DNA from: Octopus vulgaris | Taxonomy: Eukaryota | Length of the DNA stretch: 64,000 bases | NCBI GenBank assembly: GCA_951406725.2 | Contig: OX597815.1 | Location: 76,508,001 to 76,572,000 of the forward strand | Reading direction: 5' to 3' | Translations under genes and position numbers: made by a program | The notes under the pieces: model-generated | What the model saw: only the letters and a program-made list of their open reading frames with translations | Told to the model about the DNA's origin: nothing | Databases searched by the model: none | Part shown: positions 24,340-37,848 of the stretch, in pieces | Layout: each line of letters begins with the position of its first letter | Position numbering within the stretch: the stretch's first letter is position 1

Positions 24340-25420
24340 GCATTAACTATACTTAACTACACTGTAGTACCTCTGTTCAATAGCCAGCAGAGCTGTTCGA
24401 TGCTGAGGCAGCACATCTTGGTTTAGCTTTCTTGAGCCGCACATATACTGTGAAGTAGTTACTGCCCCGGAGAATGGCGAGGGAGATGCCAGGAACAACC
24501 ACTGTGACCCACGGGGCTTGCACTTGCGGATAGCCATCTCCGCCCCAATAGCGATGAGTAGGGATATGATCCAGGGGCCAAGAACGCCAGAGGTCTCCAC
24601 TGCCACAAGCTCGACTATAAATCTGTCGGAGAGCGACCGATACCTTGACAGCTTGCTTTTCTCAGCCTGATGAGCGGTAGAGCCTGTGCTGGTAGCTGAC
24701 CCCACCAAGTTGCCGCTGGAGAAGGTGTCGCAGCATATGGCGTACCAGATGAAAGACCTACCTCCACGGAACGGGAAAACTATCATATCGTCCGGCCTGT
24801 TGCCGTCTCCTCGGTCTAGCTTCGCTGGGTCGAGCTAGGAAGGGAAGCCTGCAGATTCTAGGCCATAGTTTTATGATCTTGTTAAAGGCGGCATGGCGTG
24901 GAAGGCGGCCGGTACTCTGACGGTATGACAGTGGGTGGAGGCCGAAAGAATCCACAGGGGATATGCAGCGGAATTCACGACGCTCATAGATCTGGAGGCC
25001 AAGCCTCAAGGAAACACCGATGCACAGACAATCGCTACCAAGATGAGTACCAGTTGCGAATGATGGTACGGCATTGAGCCAACCTCCGCTGCGAAGCTCA
25101 GAGGCTGAGCAGAAACCTATCAGACAGTGCTGGTCAAGTCGGCGCACTAACTCATACACAAATCATGCTACACTGAATAGCATCCCATTTCTTTCGAGAG
25201 AACCGAACGTCTTCAGAAGGGAGTTGGTGGAGGTGGGGTGAACGTCAGCAAGATGCAGCCCGGGCTGACTCCATATCGCGCAGGCCGCCTGACTCCATGT
25301 CGCGCAGGCCGCCTGACTCCATGTCGCGCAGGCCGCCTGACTCCATGTCGCGCAGGCCGCCTGACTCTATGTCGCGCAGGCCGCCTCGCGTTCTCTAATC
25401 ACCGATGGTTCAGTTGTATT
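24340..25420 (-). mobile_element. 3' fragment of CRE-like non-LTR retrotransposon (Zn knuckle plus restriction-like endonuclease)
   Basis: SGGWLNAVP, LRLGL, C..VD.FGLHPLS, PRHAAFN, GDGNRPD, AEKSKLSRY, VAVETSGVLG; frameshifted. Confidence 0.85.
25265..25386. repeat. 24-bp GC-rich minisatellite, 5 copies
   Basis: CTGACTCCATGTCGCGCAGGCCGC x5 with two single-base variants. Confidence 0.95.
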
Positions 25421-25697
25421 GTGAAGAACCCTGTTAATGACCCTATATTTCGATGTAATTGGCTTAACCTTTTCCCACAGGTCTTCTGTTTATAGTAGAA
25501 AGGGTTAATATTACTACTGCTATTGTTGTTGCAGTTATTAATACAGCCGCTTTACTGTTAATAATCCCATATTAGTGTTGCTTCGAGATCTTCTGCCAGG
25601 TCGGCCTGGAGCTGCGAAGCATCCTGTGTTATCGCGTGGAAGGCTGGTCAGAAGACTGAGTGAGATAGTGAGGGAGCGAGGAAGGAAGGAAGGAAGG

Positions 25698-25742
<45 letters not shown>

Positions 25743-26173
25743 TAAGGGAGAGAGAGAGCAATACACACTAAGCTGCTTCCTGCTTCAGCACATGGGCTAG
25801 CCAGCGGCAGCACGCTGTAAACGAGAGGGTTGCAAACAGGTGGAAAGTAGCAACACACCTACGCCATCAACTAAGAACGCCTGCACTAGAAGCATCATAT
25901 CGCCCCTGTACACATACATGCACACTAAACGCATGAGCACGCGCCCTCCACAGCACGCGTATACATTAATGTTTCTGTTTTCTTCAAGAGATATTTTCTA
26001 TTTCGAGACAGCTTGTAGCCACCTACACCTCTGCCTTAGATTCACTCTCTTAAACCAGTAGCTATCTCTTAAGTAAGCTTCTCTGGCAGATTGTTGTAAT
26101 TGTTTTGAGAGTAATTGACCCAGGGAAGTAATTACCAACAAGCATATTGAGTCGGTTTTACAAGCGCGTGCGT

Positions 26174-26239
<66 letters not shown>

Positions 26240-27329
26240 AAGCTGAAACGCTTGGCACCTCTCACATACAATGTTTTTCTTCATGTGTTCGCATTAAAAA
26301 AAATCTCTTTTTACCCTTACTTGCCCTCACTGCTATGTTGCTGATAAGCAAAACGATGTCATGGAAGGGAATTAACCGATATTTTTTGCCAAGAATATGC
26401 TATAAGCTATCCGAAGACCTGCCTTCAGTGACACGGCTGTATTAAGAACAGCAGCAGTAACAACAACAACAGTAGTAACATTAGCCCTTTCTACTATAAG
26501 TACAAGGCCCGTGGGAGTGGGTTAAGTCGATTACATCGACCCTAATGCGTAACTGGTACTTATTTCATCGATTCGAAAGGATGAAAGACAAAGTCGACCT
26601 CAGCGGAATTTGAACTCATTTAATAGTAATAACATTTATGGTTTCTGATTTAGGCACAAGGCCAGTAGTTTTGATGTGAGTGGGTTAGTTGATACCATGG
26701 ACCCAGTCGATGCTGGTAACTTTTTATCATCTACTTGTTTTAGTCATTGGACTGCGGCCACACTGGGGCACTGCCTTGAAGAACATTTAGTTGGAGGAAT
26801 TGATCCTAGTGCTTATTTCTTTTTGACCCATATATGCCCATAAAAAATGAAGTCTTAAAATTTCACCGTGTTTCAATTAAACGTTATGGTAAGCTTTCGC
26901 AATCTGGAAGAGAAGGGCAGTATGCAGCTGTTAGCTACGGGTGTCGACTACCCACTGAACATTTCGTATGCTCAGTTACATGCTTCTCGGCGAGTTCATG
27001 TCCAAACTCGTAGGAGCAGGCTCTGCAAACGCAACCAGGGGTATATATAGGTTAAGTCTTGAACTTATTCTATCGGTCGCTTTTTGCCGAGCTGCAAAGT
27101 TACAGGGACGTAAACAAACCAACACCGGTTGTCAACACACACGCACACACACACATACACGACGGGCTTTCAGTTTCCGCCTACCAAATCCACTCACTAG
27201 GCTTTAATCGGCCCGATGCTATAGTAGAAGACATTTGCCCAAGATACCACACAGTGGGACTGAACCCGGGACTATAAAGTTGGGAAGCAAGCTTCTTTCC
27301 ACATAGCCATCCTTACACCTACTGCGGTC

Positions 27330-28820
27330 CTTTATTCTCCTCCCGGAAAAATATAAGGTAAAGTTGGCCTCGATGAGATTTTAACTCAGAATGTAAAGAG
27401 CCGCAAGAAATACCGCAAAACATTTCGTCCAACTTTCTTACTATTCTGTCAGTTCGCCACTATTAGTTTCTAGTTTAGGCACTAGACCATCAATTTTATA
27501 ATTAGGGGTAATCTATACTGTGAACCCTAGGACTTGAGTGGTACTTTATTTTATCGCCCTTGGAGAGATGAAAGGCAAAATAGATCTCGGCGAAATTTGA
27601 ACTCGGAACATAATGAGCCGAAAAGAATTGTGCAAGGCATTTTCCCCCACACTCTACTGATTCTGCTAGCTTGCTGCCTGTGTCACAGTACTAATAATCA
27701 TTTCTATTAAAGGCACAAGGCCTGAAGTTTTGGGGGAAGGACTAGTCGATTACATCGACCCCAGTACTCAACTGGTACTTGATTTATCAACTCCGAAAGG
27801 GTGAAAGGCAAAGTTGACCTCGGCGGAATTTGAACTGAGAACGTAGCGGCGGGTGAAACACCGCTAAGCATTTCGTCCAGTGTGCTGACGAATCTGCCAG
27901 CTTGCCACCTTTGTCACAGTACTAATAATAATTTCAAATTTTGGCACAGGGGCAACAGTTTTTGAGGAGAGGGTAAAGTTGATTACATCAATCCCAGTGT
28001 TCAACTGGTACTTACTTTATCAACCCCGAAAGGATGAAAGGCAAAGTAGACACCGGCGGCGTTTGAACTTAGAACGTAAATAGCCGGAAGAAATGCTAGT
28101 AAGTATTTTGTCCGACACGCTCACGGTTCTGCCAACACACCACCTTTGTCCACAAAACTGATAATAATTACTTTTAACATAAGCACAAAAACCAGGAAAT
28201 TTTGGTCGGGGTTTGTCGATTATATCGAATTCTTATTACTTGATTGGTGCTGTATTTTATCGACATGGAAAGGGTGAAAGGCAGAGTTTAACACCACAGT
28301 TGTATAAAACCACGAAATGTTTTGGCGACGGTGTCTGTAGTGTATTAAATCAATACCAGCCTTTAATTAGTTCGCATTTTACCGATTCCTGAACAATCAA
28401 AGGTAAAGTCCATACAGAAAAGATAAATGGTTGGGAAGAGGTGTTAATTTGAAAACGTAAAACGGCCAAACTAAATACTGTAAAATATTTTCCTCAACAT
28501 TTTGTTGTTTCTGCTTCTCATACCTGTTGCTGCTGCTGCTGCCACCACCTTTACCGCCGCCACCACCACTACCTGTAGCATTACTACTACTATCTATTGT
28601 TTTTTGGATGAGTTATATTCCTTTCTATTATAGGTACAAGGCCTGAAATTTCAGAGAGGGGTCTAACTGAATAAAGACCCCCAGTACCTGATTGGTCGTT
28701 AATTCATCGACTCCGAAAGGATAAAAGGCTAAGTCGATCTCGGTGGATTGGAACTCGTAAAGATGACGAGATGCCACTAAGCATTGTGTCAGGCGTGCTA
28801 ACGATTCTGCCAGATCTCAG
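27330..28820 (-). mobile_element. Cluster of same-orientation family A SINE copies of mixed age
   Basis: At least six repeats of the AAAGGCAAAGTCGACCTCGGCGGAATTTGAACTCAGAACGTA-like motif. Confidence 0.85.
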
Positions 28821-28872
28821 GATGAGTTATAACTGAAGAATTACTCAATACTTTTTGCGGAATTCATGTTCT

Positions 28873-29029
28873 TTATACTTTTGTAAGAATAGTGGTGATA
28901 GTGACTTCGAATTTTCAGCTTGCCAGTCTTCGTCGGACTGTCAAGACAGAATATGCCACAAGCACGGTCCGACGAAGGCTAACAGGCCGAAACTTCGAAT
29001 TCACTGTCACTATTCGTGTAAAAATATAA

Positions 29030-29030
<1 letters not shown>
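28873..29030. mobile_element. Short fold-back element with a hammerhead-like core in each arm
   Basis: Arms 28873-28940 and 28965-29030 are diverged reverse complements; two-arm consensus CAGU-CCGACGA-AGGCU...GCC-GAAA-CUUCGAAG-UC-ACUG; abuts (ATCT)n. Confidence 0.6.
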
Positions 29031-29112
<82 letters not shown>

Positions 29113-30295
29113 TTATCTCTTTGTATACCTTACTCTCCCCCCTCTCGCTGTATCTGTGTGTGATTGTGTGTACCCCCGTCTCTGTCTCTGTCTGTCTGTC
29201 TGTCTCTCTCTACACACACGCACGTACGCGCACACACACGTGCGCACACATACACCCCCCCACAGACACACACACACATTACCAGTATGCTTAATATTTA
29301 AAATATCACGTTTCCAGGTCGTTTTCTTTGGTTGACATTTATGTAATAGGTAACAGAAAGAAAGAAATATAAAAAAGTTAAAAGAAACACAAGCAACATA
29401 AACAAAATATCATTTTTTTAATAAATTTATTTCATGTTAGACTGCATACGTTATTTCAAAGATTATTGCTGATTGCAAATAATATGGATGGCATTAAGCT
29501 GTTCTCAACCAATGTTCAAAGTCCTCAGTTTCATATCGTATCTGAACTACAGTTATTTCTGCTTTTATGCCCGATTCGTCAACGTGATCGAAGATCAGGT
29601 GGATGTTGTTTTGTAAATCACCATGTTGTGCTTAAGTGTTTTTAGCTATCGAGCTATTTGTTCCGTGACATTTTAAGTGTCATGTAGGAAATACAATAGC
29701 TATGCAAAAAAGATACCCTGAATCTGCGTCAGGCTTAATCAATATGTCACTTTTAGCTGTGGAGGAAAAAACAAAACAAAACAATTTTAGCTATTAATTT
29801 ATAACTTAAAAATGTTGAATGATCATTTTCTTTACGGATCGTACAAAAGTTAACCTTCTCCGCTTCAAAAACCTACCAAATATTTCAGCTTATAATCTGT
29901 GGCAGTGATCCCCACGTTTGTTTTGCACCATGGACAAGTTTCAAGCAAAAACAATTTTTCCACGGACCAGAAGATCAATTGCATAACTAAACACACTACA
30001 ATATGTATAAAATATAATTTAATTATTACATATATAATGCAAAATCCCTCCAGAATGCGACAGGCAACAAAATAGAAATAAAATTTAAAAATTATTCTTT
30101 CTGTGCAGCCCGATACCAGATAATCCATTGCTCAGTGGTTGGAGGGGGTGTCTCTGATCTATAAGACATATCCAACTGGCTGGAACTAGTAATCGAATAA
30201 AGTAAGATTTAGGCACTTTTTATATCATTATAAATTGATTATGAACAAAGCACTTTTGAGATGTGTATGAGCTATGAAGCAAAGTAGAAAAAAGG

Positions 30296-30458
30296 TACCG
30301 TAATCGCACTGTTTTGTATTTGATTTTATCTGAAAAAATTAGAGTGTGACTTATACACGGGGTAAAGCTGATATTAATTTGGAATATGAAGGGGAAAATG
30401 TTGTAACAGGAGTTAACACTGAACTAGGGGTGCAACTTACACACAAATATATACGGTA
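30296..30458. mobile_element. pogo/Tigger-type MITE relic (similar piece about 34800-34948)
   Basis: TACCGTA...TATATACGGTA ends with repeated subterminal GTG(C/T)(G/A)ACTTA(T/C)ACAC motif. Confidence 0.5.
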
Positions 30459-31218
30459 ATACCAGGGTGGACCATATTTTCAGTCTCCTTTCATTTCCAA
30501 GCTAAAGTTATATCCTCTGTCGCAGGTGTAGGTATTGTTGTGTGGTTAAAAAGGTTTGTTTCGAAATCAAATGGTTTGGGATTTGGTCCTTAGTGTGACA
30601 TCTCGGGATAGTTTCGTCTTCTCTAACTTTGGATTGACACAAGCTGTTTGGGTGAAATTCGGCTGACATATTGTGCCAAATCGTTGGGTGAACTGTATTT
30701 GCTCTTGGTTTACGAGCAACATTTGACCATTGACTTCTTATGGAAGAGTTCATTCTATTCTAAGCATTCCTAATGTCTCCTCTCTGAAGGTAACTTGATA
30801 TCCTGATGCACTATTTCCTCCATCGGTAGCAATTCATGAACGTAGTTTGTTTTCCGCCCCTATTTCTGCTATGAGTCTTGGAGGCTATCCAAAAAAGATC
30901 ATTGGAGTCGCTCTTTCCTTTTGATTAAGCTATAAAAAAGAAAACAAAAAGAAAAAATAATGCAAAACAAAATGAAATAAGATAAAACAAACAAACGTCT
31001 TCCATGTTTTGTTACACCTATCATCAATAGTTGAAAGCTGTGAAAATTTGTGATTTTCGTTTTTCTTTTGCTTGAAATTTTGCTCCTTTAAAATGTCAGC
31101 CTTTGCGCAGATTTCTAAAACACAAGGAACACAACTAACGCAACTAACATACTAGTATACAACGCTCCTTATCAACGGAGGAGTGCCTGGACTTTGAATT
31201 TACATATATTCTTATATA

Positions 31219-31797
31219 CGAGGTGCGTCCAAAAAGTATGCGACTTCCAGCATGTCCTGGGCGATTTCCATGCGGAGTTGAATCTGCTGCTCTGCAAGCA
31301 CCTTGGGGACGAATTTCGCAGACACTTTCCGCATGCGCAATTCCTCTGTTAGAATGGAAAAAATGTACTGATCCTGTGCTTATTCCCACTTCGTGGTGGT
31401 CTTCCATGACTGTTCGCCGAACTTTCTCAATCGGCTCTTCGTTTCGGTTTGTTGGTGGTCTGCCTGGGCATTTCTCGCTTTCCACTGAGGTGTGGACATG
31501 ATTGATCTTGACCTGAGTTTTGCTCATGGCATCATAGACAAAGGTCTGCTGAATCTTCTGGATGGTTTGACCCTGAGTATCGCCAAGCTTTTGGAAAAAC
31601 TTGATGTTCGATACGTTCGGTGAAAACAAAAATCCGATGAGCGCGTACTTCACATCTATACTCTAAGTATAATAGCCGAGAATTGACGCGACCTACTGAG
31701 GCGAAACTTTTTGCACATGCGCAGGAAGGTTGGCGTCTCCTCCCACCCAAAGTATTTTGCCTACACATTACTTTTGTCGAATATTTTTTGAATGCAC

Positions 31798-31801
<4 letters not shown>
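31219..31801 (-). mobile_element. Internally deleted mariner
   Basis: TA-CGAGGTGCGTCCAAAAAGTATGCGAC / GTCGAATATTTTTTGAATGCACCTCG-TA; N-terminal HTH only (NIKFFQKLG...TSVESEKCPGRP...EVGISTGSV). Confidence 0.9.
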
Positions 31802-31829
<28 letters not shown>

Positions 31830-32332
31830 ACACATGCGCGCGCGTATTCATACACACTCTATCTTACACATATTCTCATACAGATAGACACACATAAAAC
31901 ACACATATGCATATATACGTACACATGTACATACGAATATCTATCTGTATATGCATATACACAAACTGATCCATCCAACTTATATCAGCATGAAGACGTG
32001 AACGTAAAAATTATGATGACGAAGATGATGATGATGATGATGATGATCTATATATACACATACTTCCTTATCCGTCAATTCATATGAATAATGAACCAGC
32101 CCGTAACTCATGGTAATGGTTTTTCCGTTACTAATGTACCACGACTCCAGACTTTCACAGTAATCTCTTCTATTCAGCTCACCTGTTCATGGCTTACTCA
32201 GATGCTATGTCATCTCCATTCGTTATGAGACCACGTCAAATAAAGATCTCTAAACAAGAACATCACTCTCCATAACTTTCGATCGGATCCATTGCGGCGC
32301 TTGCTCTGTCCACTAGTGGAATATATATATAT

Positions 32333-32385
<53 letters not shown>

Positions 32386-32388
<3 letters not shown>

Positions 32389-33106
32389 CGGCGACTCCGG
32401 CACTCGGGCTGTTCGGGCTTAGCCTGAGTATAAATTTAAGTGAGCGTGTATTTCCAAGCTGATTTAATTCCAACTCTAACTTCAAGTATGTAATTGCAGC
32501 CAATAACTCGCGCTCCTTTTATTGAGCCTGGTTGCAGTTCAGCGTCTGGCGGTCATCTTAGAAGTGCCCTGCGTCATAAAGTATCATTCGTAGCAGACGT
32601 TCTCTCGACATCGTTCACACGCGCCTAACTCGGGCTCAGAAGTTACCTCTCGAGTTGTTATCTATGATCGTAAAAATTAAAAGTAATCCAAATTTAATGT
32701 TTTCTCGAAACAATAAATTTCTATAGAGATTAGTATTTAAATTCCAATCTATGAAAATTTTCCGTTCTAAATATTCTTAAAAGAAGGAAAAATTACCCAG
32801 CAACTCGGGCTAATACAAACGAGCCTGGTAGGTGTAAAAAACTAACTGGCATCTCTTGTCAAGAGTACAGGTGACACTCAAATCGCTGATGTTTGTTGTG
32901 CACCCAGCTGTCGTTATTTGATTGCTGTTATTCTGTGCGTCTGTGTGTAAAGATCAGTTGTGCTTTGCTGAGTTGTTTTATTTTTACCCTTAACTTAGAA
33001 ATGGAGAAAGACATAGTGCTAGATATAAAAAATAAGCCATTTGGAACTAGAAATAAAGCGAAATCTATGGTGAGCTCGAGTGACGACGCTGATGATCTGG
33101 AGTCGC

Positions 33107-33109
<3 letters not shown>
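32386..33109. mobile_element. Putative MITE inserted in (TA)n
   Basis: Ends GGCGACTCCGG / CTGGAGTCGCC form an imperfect inverted repeat; repeated CTCGGGCT subterminal motif; (TA)n on both sides. Confidence 0.4.
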
Positions 33110-33151
<42 letters not shown>

Positions 33152-33399
33152 TAGAAAAAAACCACCTTTTATCAATTCAATAATAAAAAATTAAATTACA
33201 CCATCTAGAAAATTACATATTACAGAAAGAATAAATGCAAATTTATTACATAAATTTGTAATTCATTAATTGAGTATAAATTAAAGCAATTGTAGGAATG
33301 ATTATCAATATGTTAATAAATTAATTATTAACCATTAACTCTCTATTTTCTTCTCTTACTTGAATTATATATATATATGTAAATCACGACGATTTACCT

Positions 33400-34450
33400 T
33401 TGAAGGAGCAATCAGGTACGATGAAGTCTTCCATTATTTGTTTTTGTCTCATCTGCTTTGGTACCTTTTCCCTATCACTTTAATATCGAGATGGAATTTC
33501 CCTTTATGTTCTTCATTAATGTCAACCATAATCTCTTGAAACAATCTCTTGTGTTCCTTGTGTTTTATAGAGAAAGTGTGTTTTTATGCACATTTTAATA
33601 CACAAACTTTTAAAGTCACTGAACATCTGCATCAAATATTCATAGTTTTCTGTTTCCGTGATTACTCGAAAAGTTTATGTTTTTCCTCAAAGTCCATGTC
33701 GATTTTTTTCAGTAAACTTGCTTTGTTCTGCTATTCTGGAAACAGATGAAGTAGGGATAATTTATGAATTGCTTTTGCTGTCTCGCGATAAGCTCATTTT
33801 CTTTAGGTGAATGTATAAATCGCTGAAGTTCAAGGTAAAAGAGATTGGTAAGAACATTTTGATAATTTTATATTACTCATTAAGTTTTATTGAGTTGGAA
33901 TACTGGTTCCTATTGTACAAGAAAACAACTGTATATATAATAAAAGAAATAAAATCAAAAACTATTAGTTGTCTTTATGATAATCTCGTATTTCCATTCA
34001 GAGAAGTCTTGGGATGAAAGAAGTCCTTCCTCTGTTCAGTGATCTAATTCTCCCAGATTAGATCCTTTTTGATAGATATCAAATCACTGAGCTCCGTTTG
34101 GAAAACTTTTCAATAACTTCATATTTACTTCCATTGTTACTACCTGTGCCATAATTCAAGTCTTGACTTCTTTTAAAACTATGTATATTTCTTGTAGCAG
34201 TCGAATCCTTTCATTGTACAAAAATATATCATTGCTGTGGTTTGGAGGTTTGGAGTCAACCTCTCCACCTGAGGTAGACCAAAGTTTAAACATTTCCACT
34301 CTCTATTTTCCCATTGTCGTAGGTATTCTGTACACAATTTGAAAACTTTCCGAGGATTACAAAGACATTTTGGTCACCAAGTTGCCTCCAAAACGAGGCA
34401 AATATACTCTTGTTTACAATGTCAACGACATTTCTAATTTACTTTTACTT
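33400..34450 (-). pseudogene. Highly decayed DNA transposase relic, Chapaev3 (CMC)-like
   Basis: Minus-strand fragments QLGDQ, ENYEYL, MCIKTHFL, INEEHKGKFHLDIKVIGKRYQSR*D resemble the LGDQDK...MSLKIHFLHSHLD...EEQGERFHQDIKxMEKRYQGRW motif series; superfamily assignment is from memory. Confidence 0.65.
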
Positions 34451-36019
34451 AGTGTATTCGCCACAAATGTAATAAAATGCATTAGAATGATTTAAGCAGA
34501 TTTTTCGAGACGAGCTCATCATCGATCTGCAATTAAAGATTAGATTAAGTTAAAAACTAGTTTGAATAAAAATGTTGAATAATATAAAGATAAACCTAAT
34601 CCTTCTGCGTTCGCTAGCAACTATTATAGATTGTATAAAGGTAAAATCATTATTTGAGATGTATCCTACATCTCAAAATCTAGAATCCATTTTGTACAAC
34701 TATAGTCACTTTTAGATTTAGCGCTCTCTCTACAAGAAATCCTGTGTCCATCTAAATATCCTTGGCGACTACTAAACAATTTCTGTTTAATGCACAATGT
34801 TGTAAGTATTAGGGCGCACTCGTTTATGTTGAACCCATAAGTTTTGCCTTCATGATTTTAACTTTGCCCCGTGTATGTGTCGCATCCCATTTTTTCAGCT
34901 AAAATCAAGCAAAAAATTGTGCGATTTATACACAAGTGAATAAGGTATATATGAAGTCATATGTATATGTATATAGCTTCTGTGAAATTAAACCCTGGAA
35001 GATCATCCCAGCAGCTTGGGATAAGAATCGAACAGATCAGATTTATTGTTACTTAATTTATCGAAATCTCACCTACCGCTCCGTTGCCGGAAAAGGTCTG
35101 CACTAGACCTACTTTAAAAGCGAAACTAAATACAAATGATTATGAATTCATATATGATTTATGTTTCCAAATATTTGTGCAGTAATCTTCTAAATTTTGG
35201 ACGAGGAAAACATCCATATAACACGTCTTCTCCAAAATCAATTATGTGTTCTTTAAATTCTGTAAGTTAAACAGAGAAAATACTCGAAGATTTTTTTCTA
35301 AAGGTCAGCACATTACGCTACCCAGTTACAGTTATCTAAATACCAACATACGTGCATTGTTGCTGTGTTAAAGATCGATTTCTTCTTTATTGAAGGAATT
35401 TCAAGAATGAATCAATAACATGTTCATTTCCACTTTGTCTCAGTCATCGTTGGAAGCAACGACCTACCTTTATAATTATTTTATCATTTCACTAGCTTCA
35501 ATAATTGGACTTTAGCTATGCTTAGGCAGCATCGTCTAAGGGTTTTATTTAATTATATCGATCAAGTACACTTTGTCTGGTAGCTATTTATTAAATAACG
35601 CAACGGGCAAAGAAAAGAACAACTTGGGCGTGAAGTTACGTAACTTGTACGAAAGGAAATATCACATGGTATTTTGTTTGTATTTACTCTTCCATCCCTC
35701 ACCGACACATGCATACACGCAAACACACACACACATACATACACACACACACTTACACACACATCATACACATCACACGCAATATTTGTTGAAAGCATGA
35801 AAGACATATTCGTAGAAAGAGAAATTACTAAATCAGTCGAAAAACAAATTGATCGAAAATGCAGAATATTCATCGAAAATTGTATATAGTTTTCAAAATA
35901 TCTGTAAAGAATAATGCATTGATTTATTAATAACTTAATTCCTCATCGTTATGTTTTAAATCTTAAAGTTAAGAAATGGTTCGTATATAATGTTTTCAGT
36001 CAATCTGATTTTGAACCAG

Positions 36020-36750
36020 AGTGTTTTTAATGAATGTGTTTTTGATGACTGTGTCGTTGGAAGCGTGATTAGGTTTTGAGTGTCATAACAAACATCATTC
36101 GAGATGGGATTAGTAATTGTAAACATCTCTCAAAGAAGTTCATCTCTTTTACCAAGGCTGGCGAAAAGATGTCTGCTGCTGGATCTGGACCCCCTCGGGC
36201 CTACATGCAACGACAAAAGATAGAGCAGAAAGTCGACCTGGTAAAGCAGCTGATGTTCTCAGAAACCGTGGCTTCAACATTACTAAGGCTGGATATGGTG
36301 ATGATACCAGAAGTATCCAAACAGGTAGTTCTGTTGGAACATTCCGTTCCTTGGGAAGATTGAATTAGGGAGGCTAGCGAGAGGAAGCGGAGGAAATATG
36401 CTGTGGTAACAACTGTACCAAAGCAATGGGTGTCAAGGTGTAATCCCATGGAGGGGGAATGCAGAGGGTTCACAATCCAATGCCCACCACTCCCGAGCTT
36501 ACAACATGCATCGGCAGGACCAATAGGCAGAAGATCAAGAGGCTGGTTGTGGAGGCAGCAGAAGCTGCTTTAAGGTAGTTAATGCGAGCCCAATTGGTAG
36601 TGCCAATTGGACATAGGCTGAGGTTTGATCAAGCTCGGCTGGATCGCTTTGATGGAGGTGTCTAAAGTGGAAAGACTCAAAACATAATAACCCCAGGAAA
36701 CAGCACTGATGATGTGTTCAGATGCATCACAAGATGATGTATCGAAAAAC
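36020..36750 (+). mobile_element. 3' fragment of HERO-like non-LTR retrotransposon (RLE domain)
   Basis: TLLRLDMVMIPEVSKQVVLLEHSVPWED*IREASERKRRKY matches (R)PD..ELTVPWE..ERKR.KY; MEGECRGF; ends at (TACA)n. Confidence 0.8.
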
Positions 36751-37486
36751 TACATACATACATACATTACGGTATGGACATGACTGTCAGAGGTAGTTAT
36801 ACATCGCTAGTTATAAAGGTTACCCATTTACAACTGAGCAGACTGAAGCAACGCGAAAGGAAATACTTTGTTCAAGAACACAACGCGTCACTCGGTCCGG
36901 GAATCGAACCCACGAGTACAATCCACTCACCACTAGGCTACACTTCTTCACACACACACACACACACACACACACATGCACAATGAAAAGAATGGAATAG
37001 GTTATGTATCACATGTTTCAAAAGGAGCACTGAACGCATATTACTTAACTTTAAGATGTTAGATAATTATTCAGTGTTCTTTCTCATTAGATACTTTCCA
37101 TCTGTTAGAAATTCTTTACACTTGCAGTGCATAAGTACCTACTCCATTCCTTTCATTCGCAGACTTAATAATCACATAGTAAGCAACCTTCGTTACTATA
37201 CATTGGAGTTGTATAGTAACAGTCATCTTATCGAAATTTCTGCCCAATTTCGATAAGGGACGAAATGTATTGGATATATTGATTAATAAAGTTAATTGAC
37301 TGATTACCGTCTCTTCTTGCGTAATCTATACCAAACTTGTCTATGCTAGAGGCTAACCAACTGAATTGTATACATTGGTGAATGGTAGTAATAATAATGT
37401 GAGTGTGTTGCTGATTGTCTATTTAGTTGGAATTTTTTTCTGTCTTCTCTCTGAACACTCATACGTTGTCTGCGACGCAGGAGTTC

Positions 37487-37845
<359 letters not shown>

Positions 37846-37848
<3 letters not shown>

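Noticed and set aside
30760-30990. Strong minus-strand splice acceptor (long polypyrimidine tract then TAG at about 30930)
   Set aside because: All three downstream frames stop within about 15 codons; no homology recognised; could only be non-coding or a terminal exon
33085-33110. CTGATGA as hammerhead core
   Set aside because: No stem II or GAAA follows
36704-36750. CTGATGA in the HERO-like 3' UTR as a hammerhead
   Set aside because: Could not build convincing stems with the nearby GAAA motifs
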